This document shows positions 20,709 through 31,750 of a stretch of 64,000 nt of DNA, one piece after another. Made by a program: the position numbers and the translations under genes. How positions within the stretch are numbered: the first letter of the stretch is position 1; each line of letters starts with the position of its first letter. The notes under the pieces are model-generated. The model saw only the letters and a list, made by a program, of their open reading frames with translations. It had not been told where the DNA came from and searched no databases. This DNA is from an uncultured delta proteobacterium (GTDB taxonomy: Bacteria > Myxococcota_A > Polyangia > Fen-1088), in assembly GCA_963767925.1 (NCBI GenBank), contig CAVYGB010000002.1:896001-960000 (forward strand), given 5' to 3'.

Positions 20709-21482
20709 ATGCCGGGGCGGGAGTTTACGCAAGACGTCGTCCGACGTCGCTTCTGGAGGGGTCAGCTCCTCGCGGCCACCCTGTCTCTCGGCGCCACCTC
20801 CATCGTGTTCGCCTTGTTGCCAGCTCAGACCGAGGGAGCCGCCGCCCGCCCCGACCGGGTGCTGGTGCCTGCCGGCCCGTTCACGCGCGGCTCGACCCGC
20901 GCCCTCGACGAGCGACCGGTCGAGACCAAACGCCTGCGCGCGTTTCGCATCGACCGCACCGAGATCACGCGCGCGATGTACGCCCGCTGTGTGGCCGCCC
21001 GCCGCTGCAAGGCTCCCCCCATCGATCTCGCCGAGCAGCCCGACCTGCCGGTCACCCACGTCTCCTGGCACGACGCCCGCGCCTACTGCACGTTCGCGCG
21101 CGGGCGGCTGCCCAGCGAGGACGAGTGGGAGAAGGCCGCCCGCGGGACCGACGCGCGCGAGTTTCCCTGGGGCGCCGCCGCCGAATGCAGCCGCGCCAAC
21201 TGGGGCAACTTCGACGGTGAAGGACCGTGTTCCAGCTCGAACCCTGGACGCCCTGTGCCAGTCGGGACATATCCGAGCGGAGCCAGTCCTTACGGGATCC
21301 AGGACCTCGGCGGGAATGTCTGGGAGTGGGTGGAGAGCCCTTACGCGGACGAGCCGGGCCGTCGTATGGTGAGAGGCGGTTCCTGCTGCAGCTACTTCGT
21401 GGAGCCTCGGGCCGCCAACCGCAACGGCTGGGCCCCCGAGCACCGAGACGCCGACCTGGGATTTCGATGCGTATCCAAATAG
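20709..21482 (+). CDS. Formylglycine-generating enzyme (SUMF1/FGE-sulfatase) family exported protein
   Basis: VPAGPF.RG, FRIDRTEIT, PVTHVSWHDA, RLPSEDEWEKAARG, DLGGNVWEW, RGGS, GFRC. Confidence 0.92.
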   Translation: MPGREFTQDVVRRRFWRGQLLAATLSLGATSIVFALLPAQTEGAAARPDRVLVPAGPFTRGSTRALDERPVETKRLRAFRIDRTEITRAMYARCVAARRCKAPPIDLAEQPDLPVTHVSWHDARAYCTFARGRLPSEDEWEKAARGTDAREFPWGAAAECSRANWGNFDGEGPCSSSNPGRPVPVGTYPSGASPYGIQDLGGNVWEWVESPYADEPGRRMVRGGSCCSYFVEPRAANRNGWAPEHRDADLGFRCVSK

Positions 21483-23521
21483 GCGCCCACCTGCTGATCG
21501 TCGCGCTCTCCGCGACGTCTGCCGCGGAAGCGGCGGCGGTGGAGTCGTGGTCCGGACGCGCCTCGGGAGCGGTGGTGGCGGCGCGCCGCCTGCCCTCGCG
21601 GCGGGCGACCCAGCCGATCGGCAAGAGCCGTCCGGCGGCCGGCAACGAGCAGGGCGAGCGGCTCGCCACCGCGGTGTTGCCCCGCGAGGTCAACCCGGGC
21701 GCCGAGAGCACCCCCCTCGAGATCCCCGATCCCAACGACCCCGCCCGCGACCGCATCTTGCGCCTGCAGGAGCAGCTCAGCGGCATCGTCGACGGGCCGG
21801 TGCTGGGCGGCGTGCGGGTCGGCATGCGCGTGATCGACGCCGCCACCGGGCGCACCTTCTTCCGGCGGGGCGGGACCACCTTGATGGACCCCGCCTCCAA
21901 CCAGAAGGTGCTCGCCACCACCGCGGCGCTGATGCGCCTGGGCGCCGGGTTTCGCTTCCGCACCGAGCTGACGGGCCCGGTGCCCGACGGCAACGGCGTC
22001 ATCACCGGCGACGTCACCCTGCGCGGCATGGGCGACCCGGACCTGCGCATGGTCGACCTCGAGTCGCTCGGCACCGCCCTGGCCGCCCGGGGCGTCCTGC
22101 GCATCGAGGGCGGCGTCCTCGCCGACCCGCGCCGCCTGGGGGCCAGCGAGACCCACCCCGACGAGCGCACGCCCCTGCGCATCAGCCGCACCTTCGTCAA
22201 CATCCGGGTGCGCCCCAGCCTCGACGGGCTGCCCCCCCTGGTCACAATCAAGCCCGACCTGGACGCTTACGTGATCCGCAACCGCGCCGTCACCGGCGGC
22301 CGCGGGCGGGGCCTGCGCCTCAGCATGACCGCCGCCGGCGATAACCGTATCGTCATCGAGCTGTCGGGGCGCATCTCCCCGATGCACCCCGGCCTGGTGA
22401 TGCGGCGGATCGCGCCCGACCAGCGGCTGTTCACCGCCGCCCTGCTGCGCCGGGTGCTGATCGAGGCGGGCATCGAGGTGCGCGACCCGGCGCGGGCCCT
22501 CGACCCGCTGAAGCTGGAGAAGACCCCGGCGCGCGACAAGTCCGAGACCATGCTGGCGGTGCACCAGTCCGAGCCGCTCTCGGTCCTGATCCGCCGCATC
22601 AACAAGGACTCCGACAACGAGTGGGCCGACCGCCTGCTCGACGTCGTCGGCGCCGAGCTGTTCGGCGGCCCCGCCACCATCGATAAAGGGCTGCGGGCGC
22701 TGCGCGAGGCGATGGACGAGCTGGGGCTGCCTCGCGACAGCTACGTGCCCAGCAACGGATCGGGCCTGGGCCACGCCAACCGGCTCACCGCCGACGCCCT
22801 GGCCGAGCTGCTGCACAAGATCTACCTCGACCCGCGCTGGGGACCGGAGATCCTGCAGTCGCTCTCGGTGGGTGGGGTCGACGGCACCACCCGCAACCGC
22901 TTCCGCGGCTCGCCCGCCGCCGAACGGGTGCGGGCCAAGACCGGCACGCTGAGCGGCAAGTCCTGCATCTCGGGCTACGTCGGCGACGGGCACGAGGTGC
23001 TGGTGTTCTCCATCTTCGTCGATGGCATCCGCAACCGGCGCTTCACCACCATGGCGGTGCGCGCCGCCCAGGTCAGCGCGGTCAACGCCATGATGCGCTT
23101 CGCGCGCGGCGTGGTCGGCGCCCCGGGCGAGGAGATCGAGCCCGGCGTCGACTTCGAGGTGGGCGACGAGGTCGTCGAGGCCGACGTGGAGGAGAAGCCC
23201 CCCGAGGCCGGCGGTGGCCCCGGCGTCGCCACCCCCGTCACCCCTCCTCCCGCCACCGTCTCTCCCGGCCGGTCCCTGGTCGAGCCCCCCGCCCGCGCCG
23301 CCCCCGAGAATCGCTCGCGCGACCCCCGCGACCGCCGCCCCTCGCGCGTCCCCGACACCTACCGCCCCGCCCCCATCGAGCCCGAGGTCGACCTCCCCGA
23401 AGAGACCGACCTCCCCGCCCCGACCCCCATCCGCCGCCTCCCGCCGTACTCCGGCAACCGCCGCGGCAGCTCGAGCCTCCTGCAAGACTCCAGCTCCGCC
23501 GCCGCCGCCGCCCGCCGCTAG
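21467..23521 (+). CDS. dacB: D-alanyl-D-alanine carboxypeptidase/endopeptidase PBP4 (S13), paralog 2
   Basis: PASNQK, KDSDN, KTGT; signal peptide; ATG 21467 overlaps the end of the FGE gene. Confidence 0.92.
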   Translation: MRIQIGAHLLIVALSATSAAEAAAVESWSGRASGAVVAARRLPSRRATQPIGKSRPAAGNEQGERLATAVLPREVNPGAESTPLEIPDPNDPARDRILRLQEQLSGIVDGPVLGGVRVGMRVIDAATGRTFFRRGGTTLMDPASNQKVLATTAALMRLGAGFRFRTELTGPVPDGNGVITGDVTLRGMGDPDLRMVDLESLGTALAARGVLRIEGGVLADPRRLGASETHPDERTPLRISRTFVNIRVRPSLDGLPPLVTIKPDLDAYVIRNRAVTGGRGRGLRLSMTAAGDNRIVIELSGRISPMHPGLVMRRIAPDQRLFTAALLRRVLIEAGIEVRDPARALDPLKLEKTPARDKSETMLAVHQSEPLSVLIRRINKDSDNEWADRLLDVVGAELFGGPATIDKGLRALREAMDELGLPRDSYVPSNGSGLGHANRLTADALAELLHKIYLDPRWGPEILQSLSVGGVDGTTRNRFRGSPAAERVRAKTGTLSGKSCISGYVGDGHEVLVFSIFVDGIRNRRFTTMAVRAAQVSAVNAMMRFARGVVGAPGEEIEPGVDFEVGDEVVEADVEEKPPEAGGGPGVATPVTPPPATVSPGRSLVEPPARAAPENRSRDPRDRRPSRVPDTYRPAPIEPEVDLPEETDLPAPTPIRRLPPYSGNRRGSSSLLQDSSSAAAAARR

Positions 23522-23691
23522 CTTGCCTGGGCCGCGCCGCCGCGGTTACCGGAGGGGCCTGAAGGGGCAGAATTGGACGCTCGAACATCCTCGATCGGTT
23601 TCGACTTCCCGAGCGCCAGGCACAGCCGTCGTAGCTGCGACGCGCGTTTCAAGCGCGCTGTTACCGACCTGGACGACATGTCTATCTTCAT
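23518..23691 (-). CDS. Small basic protein (57 aa), homolog of 33498..33722 (not in ORF track)
   Basis: MKIDMSSRSVTARLKRASQLRRLCLALGK...; shares DM...VT.RL......C with the partner of the intact nucleotidyltransferase. Confidence 0.65.
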   Translation of the reverse strand: MKIDMSSRSVTARLKRASQLRRLCLALGKSKPIEDVRASNSAPSGPSGNRGGAAQAS

Positions 23692-23694
23692 GAG

Positions 23695-23825
23695 TCAGCT
23701 TCCCTGAAGGCGCTTGATGTCGTCCTGATCCTGGCCCGAACCGCGAAGCTTCTTCAGCGCAACCAACCCGTCTCGCGACACGGTCCAGATCTCCCCGCGT
23801 TCCCAGCCGATCCTATCTTGCTGGC
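23695..23825 (-). pseudogene. 3' remnant of a nucleotidyltransferase homologous to 33715..34167
   Basis: IWTVSRDGLVALKKLRGSGQDQDDIKRLQ vs IRVVSREGLVALKLAAGRPQDLADVARLQ. Confidence 0.75.
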
Positions 23826-23929
23826 GGGCGGTGTTCGCCTCGCCTTGCGGTCGATGGAGTTCGGGCTGGAGGCGGCGGCGCCGGGTGAGCGTGGAGAGGC
23901 AATCGGCGGAGGGGGAACGGCGGAGCCGC

Positions 23930-24160
23930 TCCGAACAGGTAAGGGGGGCTGAAGATCTCGACGTCGGGGTGGTCGACGGCGCAGTTGTCGCTCGACGAGC
24001 AGAGCCCGCCGCCGCCGACCATGACCCGCCCGTCGGCCAGCAACAGCGCGACCGAGTGGTACGGCCGCGCCTTGACCATCGGCGAGAGCTCCGTCGTTGT
24101 TCCAGGTGTAGATGCTGGTGGTCTTCGTGTAGCTGTCGTCGCCGCCGCGGGCGCCGAGGG
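23930..24160 (-). pseudogene. Internally deleted galactose oxidase-like (copper radical oxidase) remnant
   Basis: MVKARPYHSVALLLADGRVMVGGGGLC....VEIFSPPYLF (YHS copper-ligand region); upstream in another frame GGDDSYTKTTSIY resembles an earlier Kelch blade. Confidence 0.75.
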
Positions 24161-24189
24161 GGTCGTCCGGCACCGGGCGGCCTGCGCAC

Positions 24190-24719
24190 CCGGAGCGGCG
24201 GCGGGGGAGGTGCGGGGGGCACCTGCCCAGCTCTACCGCTCGACCGACGGCGGGCAGACCTGGCTGCCGCCCCGACCCTCGGGCTCGCGCGGCCCGCGCT
24301 ACCGCTGCCTCGCCTATCGGGATGGCCTGCTGCACGCCTGCGCCGGCGGAACCCCCAACGGCGACGACTTCCTGCTCGGCACCTCCGGCGACGACGGCGC
24401 CTCGTGGTCACCGGTGATGACCGTCGAGGCGCTGGTGGGGCCCGAGCCGTGCCATCGCGCGAGCTGCGCGACGACGGAGGCCTGGCTGTGCGCGGTTCAC
24501 GACCGCTGCGACGGGGTGTCCGTTCCTCCATCGCGGCCCGATGCGGGGACGGCGCCGCCTGCGCCCGGGGGCGGACGCAGCTGCACGAGCGGAGGACCCG
24601 GCGGGCCGGGCCACGCGCGCGGAGCGCTTGCGCCTCTCCTGCTCGCCCTCAGCGCTGTCGCGCGGAGAAAGCGCCACCTGCACACGCCGTCGGGCGCCGC
24701 TGAACATCGCACGGCTCGA
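24190..24719 (+). pseudogene. C-terminal remnant of a BNR/Asp-box protein with MYXO-CTERM-like tail
   Basis: YRSTDGGQTW and TSGDDGASW Asp-boxes; Pro linker, GGGRSC, hydrophobic stretch, RRKR; no N-terminus. Confidence 0.65.
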
Positions 24720-24906
24720 CCGGAGACCCCTCACCCCCACCCTCTCCCCGCTTCGCGGGGCGGGGGCGAACGATTGGCAAGCTGCCTCAATCTCCGTCCG
24801 AGCGAGGGAATCCTGGGCGCGGATTTGACCCGAATCTTTTGGCTCCCCACCGCCGTTCGCCCTCGCCCCGCGGCAGCCGGGAGAAGGAGGGGTGAGGGGT
24901 CTCCGG
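24720..24906. repeat. Full-length 187-bp palindromic MITE/REP-like element
   Basis: Perfect 18-bp terminal inverted repeat CCGGAGACCCCTCACCCC / GGGGTGAGGGGTCTCCGG plus internal CCCCGC..GCGGGG hairpins. Confidence 0.85.
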
Positions 24907-24989
24907 CGTGGGCTTCGCCGGCCAGCGGTCCAGGCTGGGGCGCGCGGACGTGCCGGGCGCGCGCTCGCGGGGACGGGGACTGAAACGCG

Positions 24990-25016
24990 AACGGCCACGC
25001 GGGGGGCGTGGCCGTT
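24990..25016. terminator. GC-rich hairpin downstream of metK, possible terminator
   Basis: AACGGCCACGC-ggggg-GCGTGGCCGTT 11-bp perfect stem; weak U-tract. Confidence 0.45.
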
Positions 25017-25028
25017 GGTGCCAGCGAT

Positions 25029-25212
25029 GTGCTGGCCGCGAGGGGCGTGCGCCCCGGCGCCCCTGAGGGCGCGGGACTACACCTCGGCGGTGGTTGAGGT
25101 GCTGGCCGCGAGGGTTGCGCCCCGGCGCCCCTGAGGGCGCGGGACTACACCTCGGCGGTGGTTGAGGTGCTGGCCGCGAGGGTTGCGCCCCGGCGCCCCT
25201 GAGGGCGCGGGA

Positions 25213-25238
<26 letters not shown>
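25029..25238. repeat. Three tandem copies of a 68-70 bp unit containing the metK 3' end and stop codon
   Basis: GTGCTGGCCGCGAGGG...GCGCCCCGGCGCCCCTGAGGGCGCGGGACTACACCTCGGCGGTGGTTGAG at 25029, 25099, 25167. Confidence 0.95.
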
Positions 25239-26490
<1,252 letters not shown>

Positions 26491-26531
26491 TTCGGCTCTC
26501 CTGGGGATGTCGGAACTCGGGAGGGAGGCGA

Positions 26532-26560
26532 AGTTTCCCAATCCCGGAGGAAGACGTCAA
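26532..26560 (-). promoter_or_regulatory. Putative sigma70-like promoter of metK
   Basis: Minus strand TTGACG-17nt-GAAACT about 40 nt upstream of the ATG. Confidence 0.4.
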
Positions 26561-26830
26561 TCGAATGCGCCTCGGGTCGGGCGGGTGGCGACCATGGTAG
26601 CGCATCCTTCTGCTCACGGAGCACGCATCATCGCCAGGCCTCGCACGGCGAGCCATCCGATCGACTGCGCCACCGTCGGAAAAAGCTGCGCGCGGCTGCG
26701 CGCCCGCCGTCCCTCGCGCCATCCTCGCGGCGCCACGATTGGCGCCCGTTGTAGGACGACGTGGGAGCTGCTACTCGGCGCGCAATCTACCCGGGAGTCA
26801 CCCTCAGGTGCGCAGGCCGCACGGTCGCGA

Positions 26831-28525
26831 TCAGAAGCGCCCCCGCGCCCCCAGCGCGGGCAAGGCGCGCAGCCGCCCGTCGGGGCCCGGGACCGGGATC
26901 ACCGTCGGAACCGGGATGAGCGCGGCGGGGCTGCGCTCGGGCGGCGGCGTCTGGCCGCTGTCGTAGTGCCGGGTCAGCAGCCAGCCGGCCGCCAGCCCCA
27001 CCCCGGCGCCCAGCAGCGCGATCTGGGCGGTGGGCCGGGCGTTGCCCGACACGAACTCGCAGGGCTGGTCGCCCGCGCTCTGCAGGCACTGGCCCACGAT
27101 CTTGACGAGGGCGCCCGCGATGCCGCCGGCGGCGGTCGCGAGGTCGACCAGCATCACCCGCCGCCAGGTCGGCCCGTAGGCCGTCTGGTCGGGCAGGTAG
27201 GCCAGCGCCAGCCCGGCGCCGAGCCCGAGGTTCAGCCCGGCCAGGATCACGGCCGCCGAGTGGCGGGCCTTCAGCTGGAAGGCCGGCACCGCCAGCGCCC
27301 CCGCCAGCGCGCCCATGGCCGCCGCGCTCTGGATGACCGCTCCGCGCCCGTAGTTGGGGGCGTACCCGTCGAGGAACCGCCCCGCCACCGCCCCCAGCCC
27401 CAGGCCGAGCGCGCCCCCCATCCAGGCCGAAGCGGTGGTGTGGCGGATGGTCACGCCGAGGGTCGCGCCCTCGACCGCGCCGATCCAGGCCCCCCCGATC
27501 CGGAACAGCGCCAGGTTGTCCCGGATGTAGCCGGGCACGAACGCCGTCGAGGTCAGGGCTCCCGCCACGCCCCCCACCAGCGCCGCCCCCACCACCACGG
27601 TGGCCGAGGCGCCGACCGACGCCGCGGTGGGGTTGGTGCGGTCGGCCTGGCTCAACCAGGCGCCCACCCCGGCGCCGCCCGCCACCGCGCCGGCGGCCGT
27701 CCAGAAGCCGATCAGCTCGGGCCGGCCCGAGCGCTGCACGTAGTTGAGACGAAAGTCGATCGGCGGCCCGCCCGGCATCACCTGGAAGGTCTGGCTGCGG
27801 CTCTGGTAGTTGGTGGCCTCGGCGTAGACCTCGTACGAGCCGGGCTCGACGTCCTGCAGGTAGGGGTTGCGGGCGCGGTTGCCGCGCACGTAGAGGGTGG
27901 CGCCCGGCGGATCGGTGCGGATCTCGAGGCGGGCGGGCTGCCGCTCGAGCGAGAAGTAATAGGGCCGGGTCTCGACGCTCTCGATGGCCAGCTCGCGGGT
28001 CTCGGTGACGTATTTGGACCTGCTCAGGGTCAGGCGCCAGCGGCCGGCGGCCACCGGGAACTCGCCGGGGGCCTGGCCGCGCAGCGGTGGGTCGGCGCCG
28101 TCGAGCCGCTCGAGCAGGACGTCGACCTCGTCGGGCACTGTCGTGATGACGAGGAGGCCCTTGCGGCGGCTCATGGCCTCGATGCGCTGGCGGGCGGTCT
28201 CGGCCAGCGGGCCGGTGCGAACGTGTTTGAGGTACTCCTCGTAGTGGTCGCGCGCCTGCTTGAACAGGCCCAGGTGGTATTCGCAGTGGCCCATCATGGC
28301 CAGGTTCTCGGGGCGAGGGGCCAGCTCGTGGGCGAGCTGGAAGTGGATGAGCGCCTGCTGCAGGCCCTGCCCCTTGTCCCCGTATTCGAACAGGCGGAGC
28401 CCGTCGCGGTAGTGATCGCGCGCGCGCGTCTCGCTCGAGCCGCGGCGGGGGCGTTCGGCGCTGCCCGCCGAAGGGGCCTGCGCCTGCGACAGGATGAGGA
28501 GCCACACCGCCAGAACCGAGCTCAA
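26831..28525 (-). CDS. Exported TPR plus PEGA domain protein with glycine-rich membrane C-terminus
   Basis: Signal peptide; ARDHYRDG..FQLAHEL..ARDHYEEYL TPR; PEGA repeats LVITTVP.. and LEIRTDPPGATLYV; ends in GRF. Confidence 0.85.
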   Translation of the reverse strand: MSSVLAVWLLILSQAQAPSAGSAERPRRGSSETRARDHYRDGLRLFEYGDKGQGLQQALIHFQLAHELAPRPENLAMMGHCEYHLGLFKQARDHYEEYLKHVRTGPLAETARQRIEAMSRRKGLLVITTVPDEVDVLLERLDGADPPLRGQAPGEFPVAAGRWRLTLSRSKYVTETRELAIESVETRPYYFSLERQPARLEIRTDPPGATLYVRGNRARNPYLQDVEPGSYEVYAEATNYQSRSQTFQVMPGGPPIDFRLNYVQRSGRPELIGFWTAAGAVAGGAGVGAWLSQADRTNPTAASVGASATVVVGAALVGGVAGALTSTAFVPGYIRDNLALFRIGGAWIGAVEGATLGVTIRHTTASAWMGGALGLGLGAVAGRFLDGYAPNYGRGAVIQSAAAMGALAGALAVPAFQLKARHSAAVILAGLNLGLGAGLALAYLPDQTAYGPTWRRVMLVDLATAAGGIAGALVKIVGQCLQSAGDQPCEFVSGNARPTAQIALLGAGVGLAAGWLLTRHYDSGQTPPPERSPAALIPVPTVIPVPGPDGRLRALPALGARGRF

Positions 28526-28669
28526 GGCGCGGCGAGCTTAGCCGATCGTCGAAACGCCGCCAGCGCCGCCGGGGAACCCGCGGGAGGGCCAGGGTCCGGG
28601 CCGCTTCTTCGCGTCGCGGGGTGGTTGGCCGACGGCAACACGCCGGCGGGAACGCCGCTCGAACGCCGG

Positions 28670-30103
28670 TCAGGGTGGCTTCTTCGGGTCGTAGGGGTTG
28701 GCCTGCGGCAACACGTCGCCGAGGCCGCCGCGTGGGGGCTCGGCCTTGGACCGGCGCTTGCTCCGGGTGATCCCGCGCTTGCCGGTGGGCCGCGGGGCGC
28801 CGCTGGCGGTCGCGGCGCCGGAGGCCGCGCCCGCGGGGGCGGCGATCGGCGGGCCCTGGGCAGCGGGCGTTCCCGGCGGCGAGGCGGGAACAGCGCCCGG
28901 CTGGGCCAGCGCCGGCGGCGCGGTCGACGGCGGGCTGGTGGCGGCGGGCGCGCCCGGGGTGCTCTGACGGCGCTGGAGGTTCTGCTCCTCGGCGGCCCGG
29001 TTGCGGGCCTCCTCCTCGGTGCGGGCCAGCGCCAGGGCCAGGCCGACCCCGACGATCACGATGGCCCCGATGCCGAGGTGCCAGCGCGCGCCGACCTTCA
29101 CCGGCTCGACCGCCGGGGTCAGCTCCGAGATCGGCAGGCCCACGTTGGGGTCGCCGGCGAGCAGGCGGTCGAGGTCGCGCTCGAGCTCGCCCATCGATTG
29201 ATAGCGCTTGTCGCGGTCCTTCTCCATGGCCCGCATCACGAGGGCCTCGACCGCCGGGGGGATGCCCAGCTCGGGCCGCAGGCGCGAGGGGGGCATCACG
29301 TCCTGGGTGAGCACCTGCGAGATGACGGCCAGGTAGTTGTTGGCCCGGAAGGGGACCTCGCCGGTCAGGCACTCGTAGAGCATCACGCCCATCGCCCAGA
29401 TGTCGGCGCGGGCGTCGACGTCCTCGCCGCCGCGGGCCTGCTCGGGCGACATGTAGAGGGGCGTGCCCAGCACCATCCCGGTGCGGGTCAGGCGCATGAG
29501 GTCCACCCCGCCCTCGTCGCGCGTGCGCACCGCCTTGGACACGCCGAAGTCGACCACCTTGACGAAGTCCTGCTCGCCCCGGCGCAGCAGGAAGACGTTC
29601 TCCGGCTTCACGTCGCGGTGGACGATCCCCTTGCCGTGGGCCGCCTCGAGCGCGCTCGCCACCTGGCGGGCGATGCGCAGGCAGCGTTCGACGGCGAGGG
29701 GCGCGTCGCGGATGACCACCTGGGCGAGCGACTCGCCCTCCAGGAACTCCATCACGACGAAGGCGCGCCCGTCGGCGGTGGTGCCGAAGTCGGTGACGTC
29801 GACGATGTTCTCGTGGCCGATGGCGCTCGCCAGGCGGGCTTCCTGCAGGAGCCGGGCGACCAGCTCGGTCTTGTCGTGGAACTTCTCGAGCAAGACCTTC
29901 ACCGCCACCGGGCGCCCGAGCACGGTGTGGCGGCCCTCGTAGACCGCGCCCATGCCCCCCTCGCCGATGCGGCGGACGATCTCGTAGCGGTCGGCCAGCA
30001 CGATCCCCAGCAGCGGGTCGGAGGCCAGGGCGACGGAGGGCCCGGGAGCGGGCACGGTCACGCCGACCTTTGTGGCGGCGGGGTCATCCTCGGGGGAGGC
30101 CAT
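28670..30103 (-). CDS. Membrane-anchored Hanks-type Ser/Thr protein kinase
   Basis: IGEGGMGAVY, VAVKVL, HRDVKPEN, DFG, GTPLYMSPEQ; TM helix; Pro/Ala tail ending NPY. Confidence 0.95.
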   Translation of the reverse strand: MASPEDDPAATKVGVTVPAPGPSVALASDPLLGIVLADRYEIVRRIGEGGMGAVYEGRHTVLGRPVAVKVLLEKFHDKTELVARLLQEARLASAIGHENIVDVTDFGTTADGRAFVVMEFLEGESLAQVVIRDAPLAVERCLRIARQVASALEAAHGKGIVHRDVKPENVFLLRRGEQDFVKVVDFGVSKAVRTRDEGGVDLMRLTRTGMVLGTPLYMSPEQARGGEDVDARADIWAMGVMLYECLTGEVPFRANNYLAVISQVLTQDVMPPSRLRPELGIPPAVEALVMRAMEKDRDKRYQSMGELERDLDRLLAGDPNVGLPISELTPAVEPVKVGARWHLGIGAIVIVGVGLALALARTEEEARNRAAEEQNLQRRQSTPGAPAATSPPSTAPPALAQPGAVPASPPGTPAAQGPPIAAPAGAASGAATASGAPRPTGKRGITRSKRRSKAEPPRGGLGDVLPQANPYDPKKPP

Positions 30104-30213
30104 GGCGAGGAGATATTGTACTACCCCTGTCGCGCGTTGCGCGGGGGCCCGCGTCACATCCTCGACTTGGCCTGTTCACCCGCCACGCGGATGTGATACG
30201 GTGACGCGCCAAT

Positions 30214-31470
30214 ATGTCGAATTTCAAGATCGCCGACTCCAAGCTGGCCGACGCGGGCCGGTTGAAGATCGAATGGGCCGAGAGCCGTATGCCGGTGCTG
30301 ACCAGCCTGCGGGAGAAGGGGAAAAAGGACCTGCCCCTCAAGGGGATGAAGGTCGCGGGGTGCCTCCACGTCACCAAGGAGACCGCCGTGCTGATCCGGA
30401 CCATCCGGGCAGCGGGCGCCGAGGTCTCCTGGTCGGGTTGCAACCCGCTGTCAACCCAGGATGACGTCGCCGCCGCCCTGGCCACCGAGGGGACCTCGAT
30501 CTACGCGTGGCACGGCCTGTCGCGCGACGAGTTCTACTGGTGCATCGACAAGACCCTGGAGATGAAGCCGACGTTGACCCTCGACGACGGCGCCGACCTG
30601 ATCTTCGTGGTCCACGACCGCCACAAGGAGCTGGCCTCGGGCGTGATCGGCGGGACCGAGGAGACCACCACCGGCGTGCACCGCCTGCGCTCGATGGCCA
30701 AGGCCGGCAAGCTGCTCTACCCGATCATCGCGGTCAACGACAGCGAGACCAAGTGGGACTTCGACAACGTCTACGGCACCGGGCAGTCGTCGCTCGACGG
30801 CATCCTCCGCGCCAGCTCGGTGCTGCTGGCGGGCAAGACCTTCGTTGTCGCCGGCTACGGGCACTGCGGCCGGGGCGTCGCCACCCGCGCGCGCGGCATG
30901 GGCGCCAACGTCATCGTCACCGAGATCAAGCCGACCGCCGCCCTCAAGGCGACGCTGGACGGCTTCCGGGTCATGAAGATGGACGACGCCGCCAAGCTGG
31001 GTGACATCTTCATCACCGCCACCGGCATGAAGGACATCATCGTGGGCCGCCACTTCGACTCGATGAAGGATGGCGCCCTGGTGTGCAACACCGGCCACTA
31101 CGACTGTGAGATCAACCTGGTCGACCTGGAGGCCCGGGCCAAGGCCCGCCGGGAGATCCGCAGCGCCAACGAGGAGTACACCCTCAAGGACGGCCGCCGG
31201 GTCTACGTGCTGGCCCAGGGCCGCCTGGTTAACCTCGCCGCCGCCGAGGGCCACCCCTCGGAGGTCATGGACATGTCGTTCGCCAACCAGTACCTGGCGC
31301 TGTGCAAGCTGGCCAAGGACGGCAAGTCCATGAAGCCCGGCGTCTACGAGCTCCCCCCCGAGCAGGACCAGGAGCTCGCCCGCATCAAGCTGACCACCCA
31401 GGGCCTCAGCATCGACGAGCTGACCAAGGAACAGATCTCCTACCACGACGACTACGCCGCCGGGACCTGA
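30214..31470 (+). CDS. ahcY: Adenosylhomocysteinase (SAH hydrolase)
   Basis: CLHVTKET, CNPLSTQD, LDDGADL, EETTTGV, FDNVYGTGQS, GYGHCGRG, GRLVNL..AEGHPSEVMDMSF. Confidence 0.97.
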   Translation: MSNFKIADSKLADAGRLKIEWAESRMPVLTSLREKGKKDLPLKGMKVAGCLHVTKETAVLIRTIRAAGAEVSWSGCNPLSTQDDVAAALATEGTSIYAWHGLSRDEFYWCIDKTLEMKPTLTLDDGADLIFVVHDRHKELASGVIGGTEETTTGVHRLRSMAKAGKLLYPIIAVNDSETKWDFDNVYGTGQSSLDGILRASSVLLAGKTFVVAGYGHCGRGVATRARGMGANVIVTEIKPTAALKATLDGFRVMKMDDAAKLGDIFITATGMKDIIVGRHFDSMKDGALVCNTGHYDCEINLVDLEARAKARREIRSANEEYTLKDGRRVYVLAQGRLVNLAAAEGHPSEVMDMSFANQYLALCKLAKDGKSMKPGVYELPPEQDQELARIKLTTQGLSIDELTKEQISYHDDYAAGT

Positions 31471-31750
31471 TCGAGGAAGACGTTCGCCGCCGCCGCGTCC
31501 AGCGGCGGCTGCTTCGAAACGGCGCGGGCGCGGAAGACGCGGTCGCGCCGTTTTTGCATCGCCGGCGGGCTACGGACGCTGGAGCGGCTGGGGCGGCGGA
31601 AGCTGCCGCATCATCGACGAACAGCTCGCCCGGTAGCCCCGGAGGGCGACCGCCGCTCGCGGCGGCGACATGGACCCGGGGAGGCGGCCACAACTCGAAG
31701 ACAGCCCGGCCGCTCCCCCGGATGGTTTCAGACGTTACGCGAGCCCGGGA

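Noticed and set aside
26491..26830. SAM riboswitch upstream of metK (and SAH riboswitch at 30104-30213 upstream of ahcY)
   Set aside because: No recognisable consensus by eye; an Infernal/Rfam scan would be needed
31471..31750. Small ORFs between ahcY and the CxxCH lipoprotein
   Set aside because: No RBS, motif or consistent codon bias
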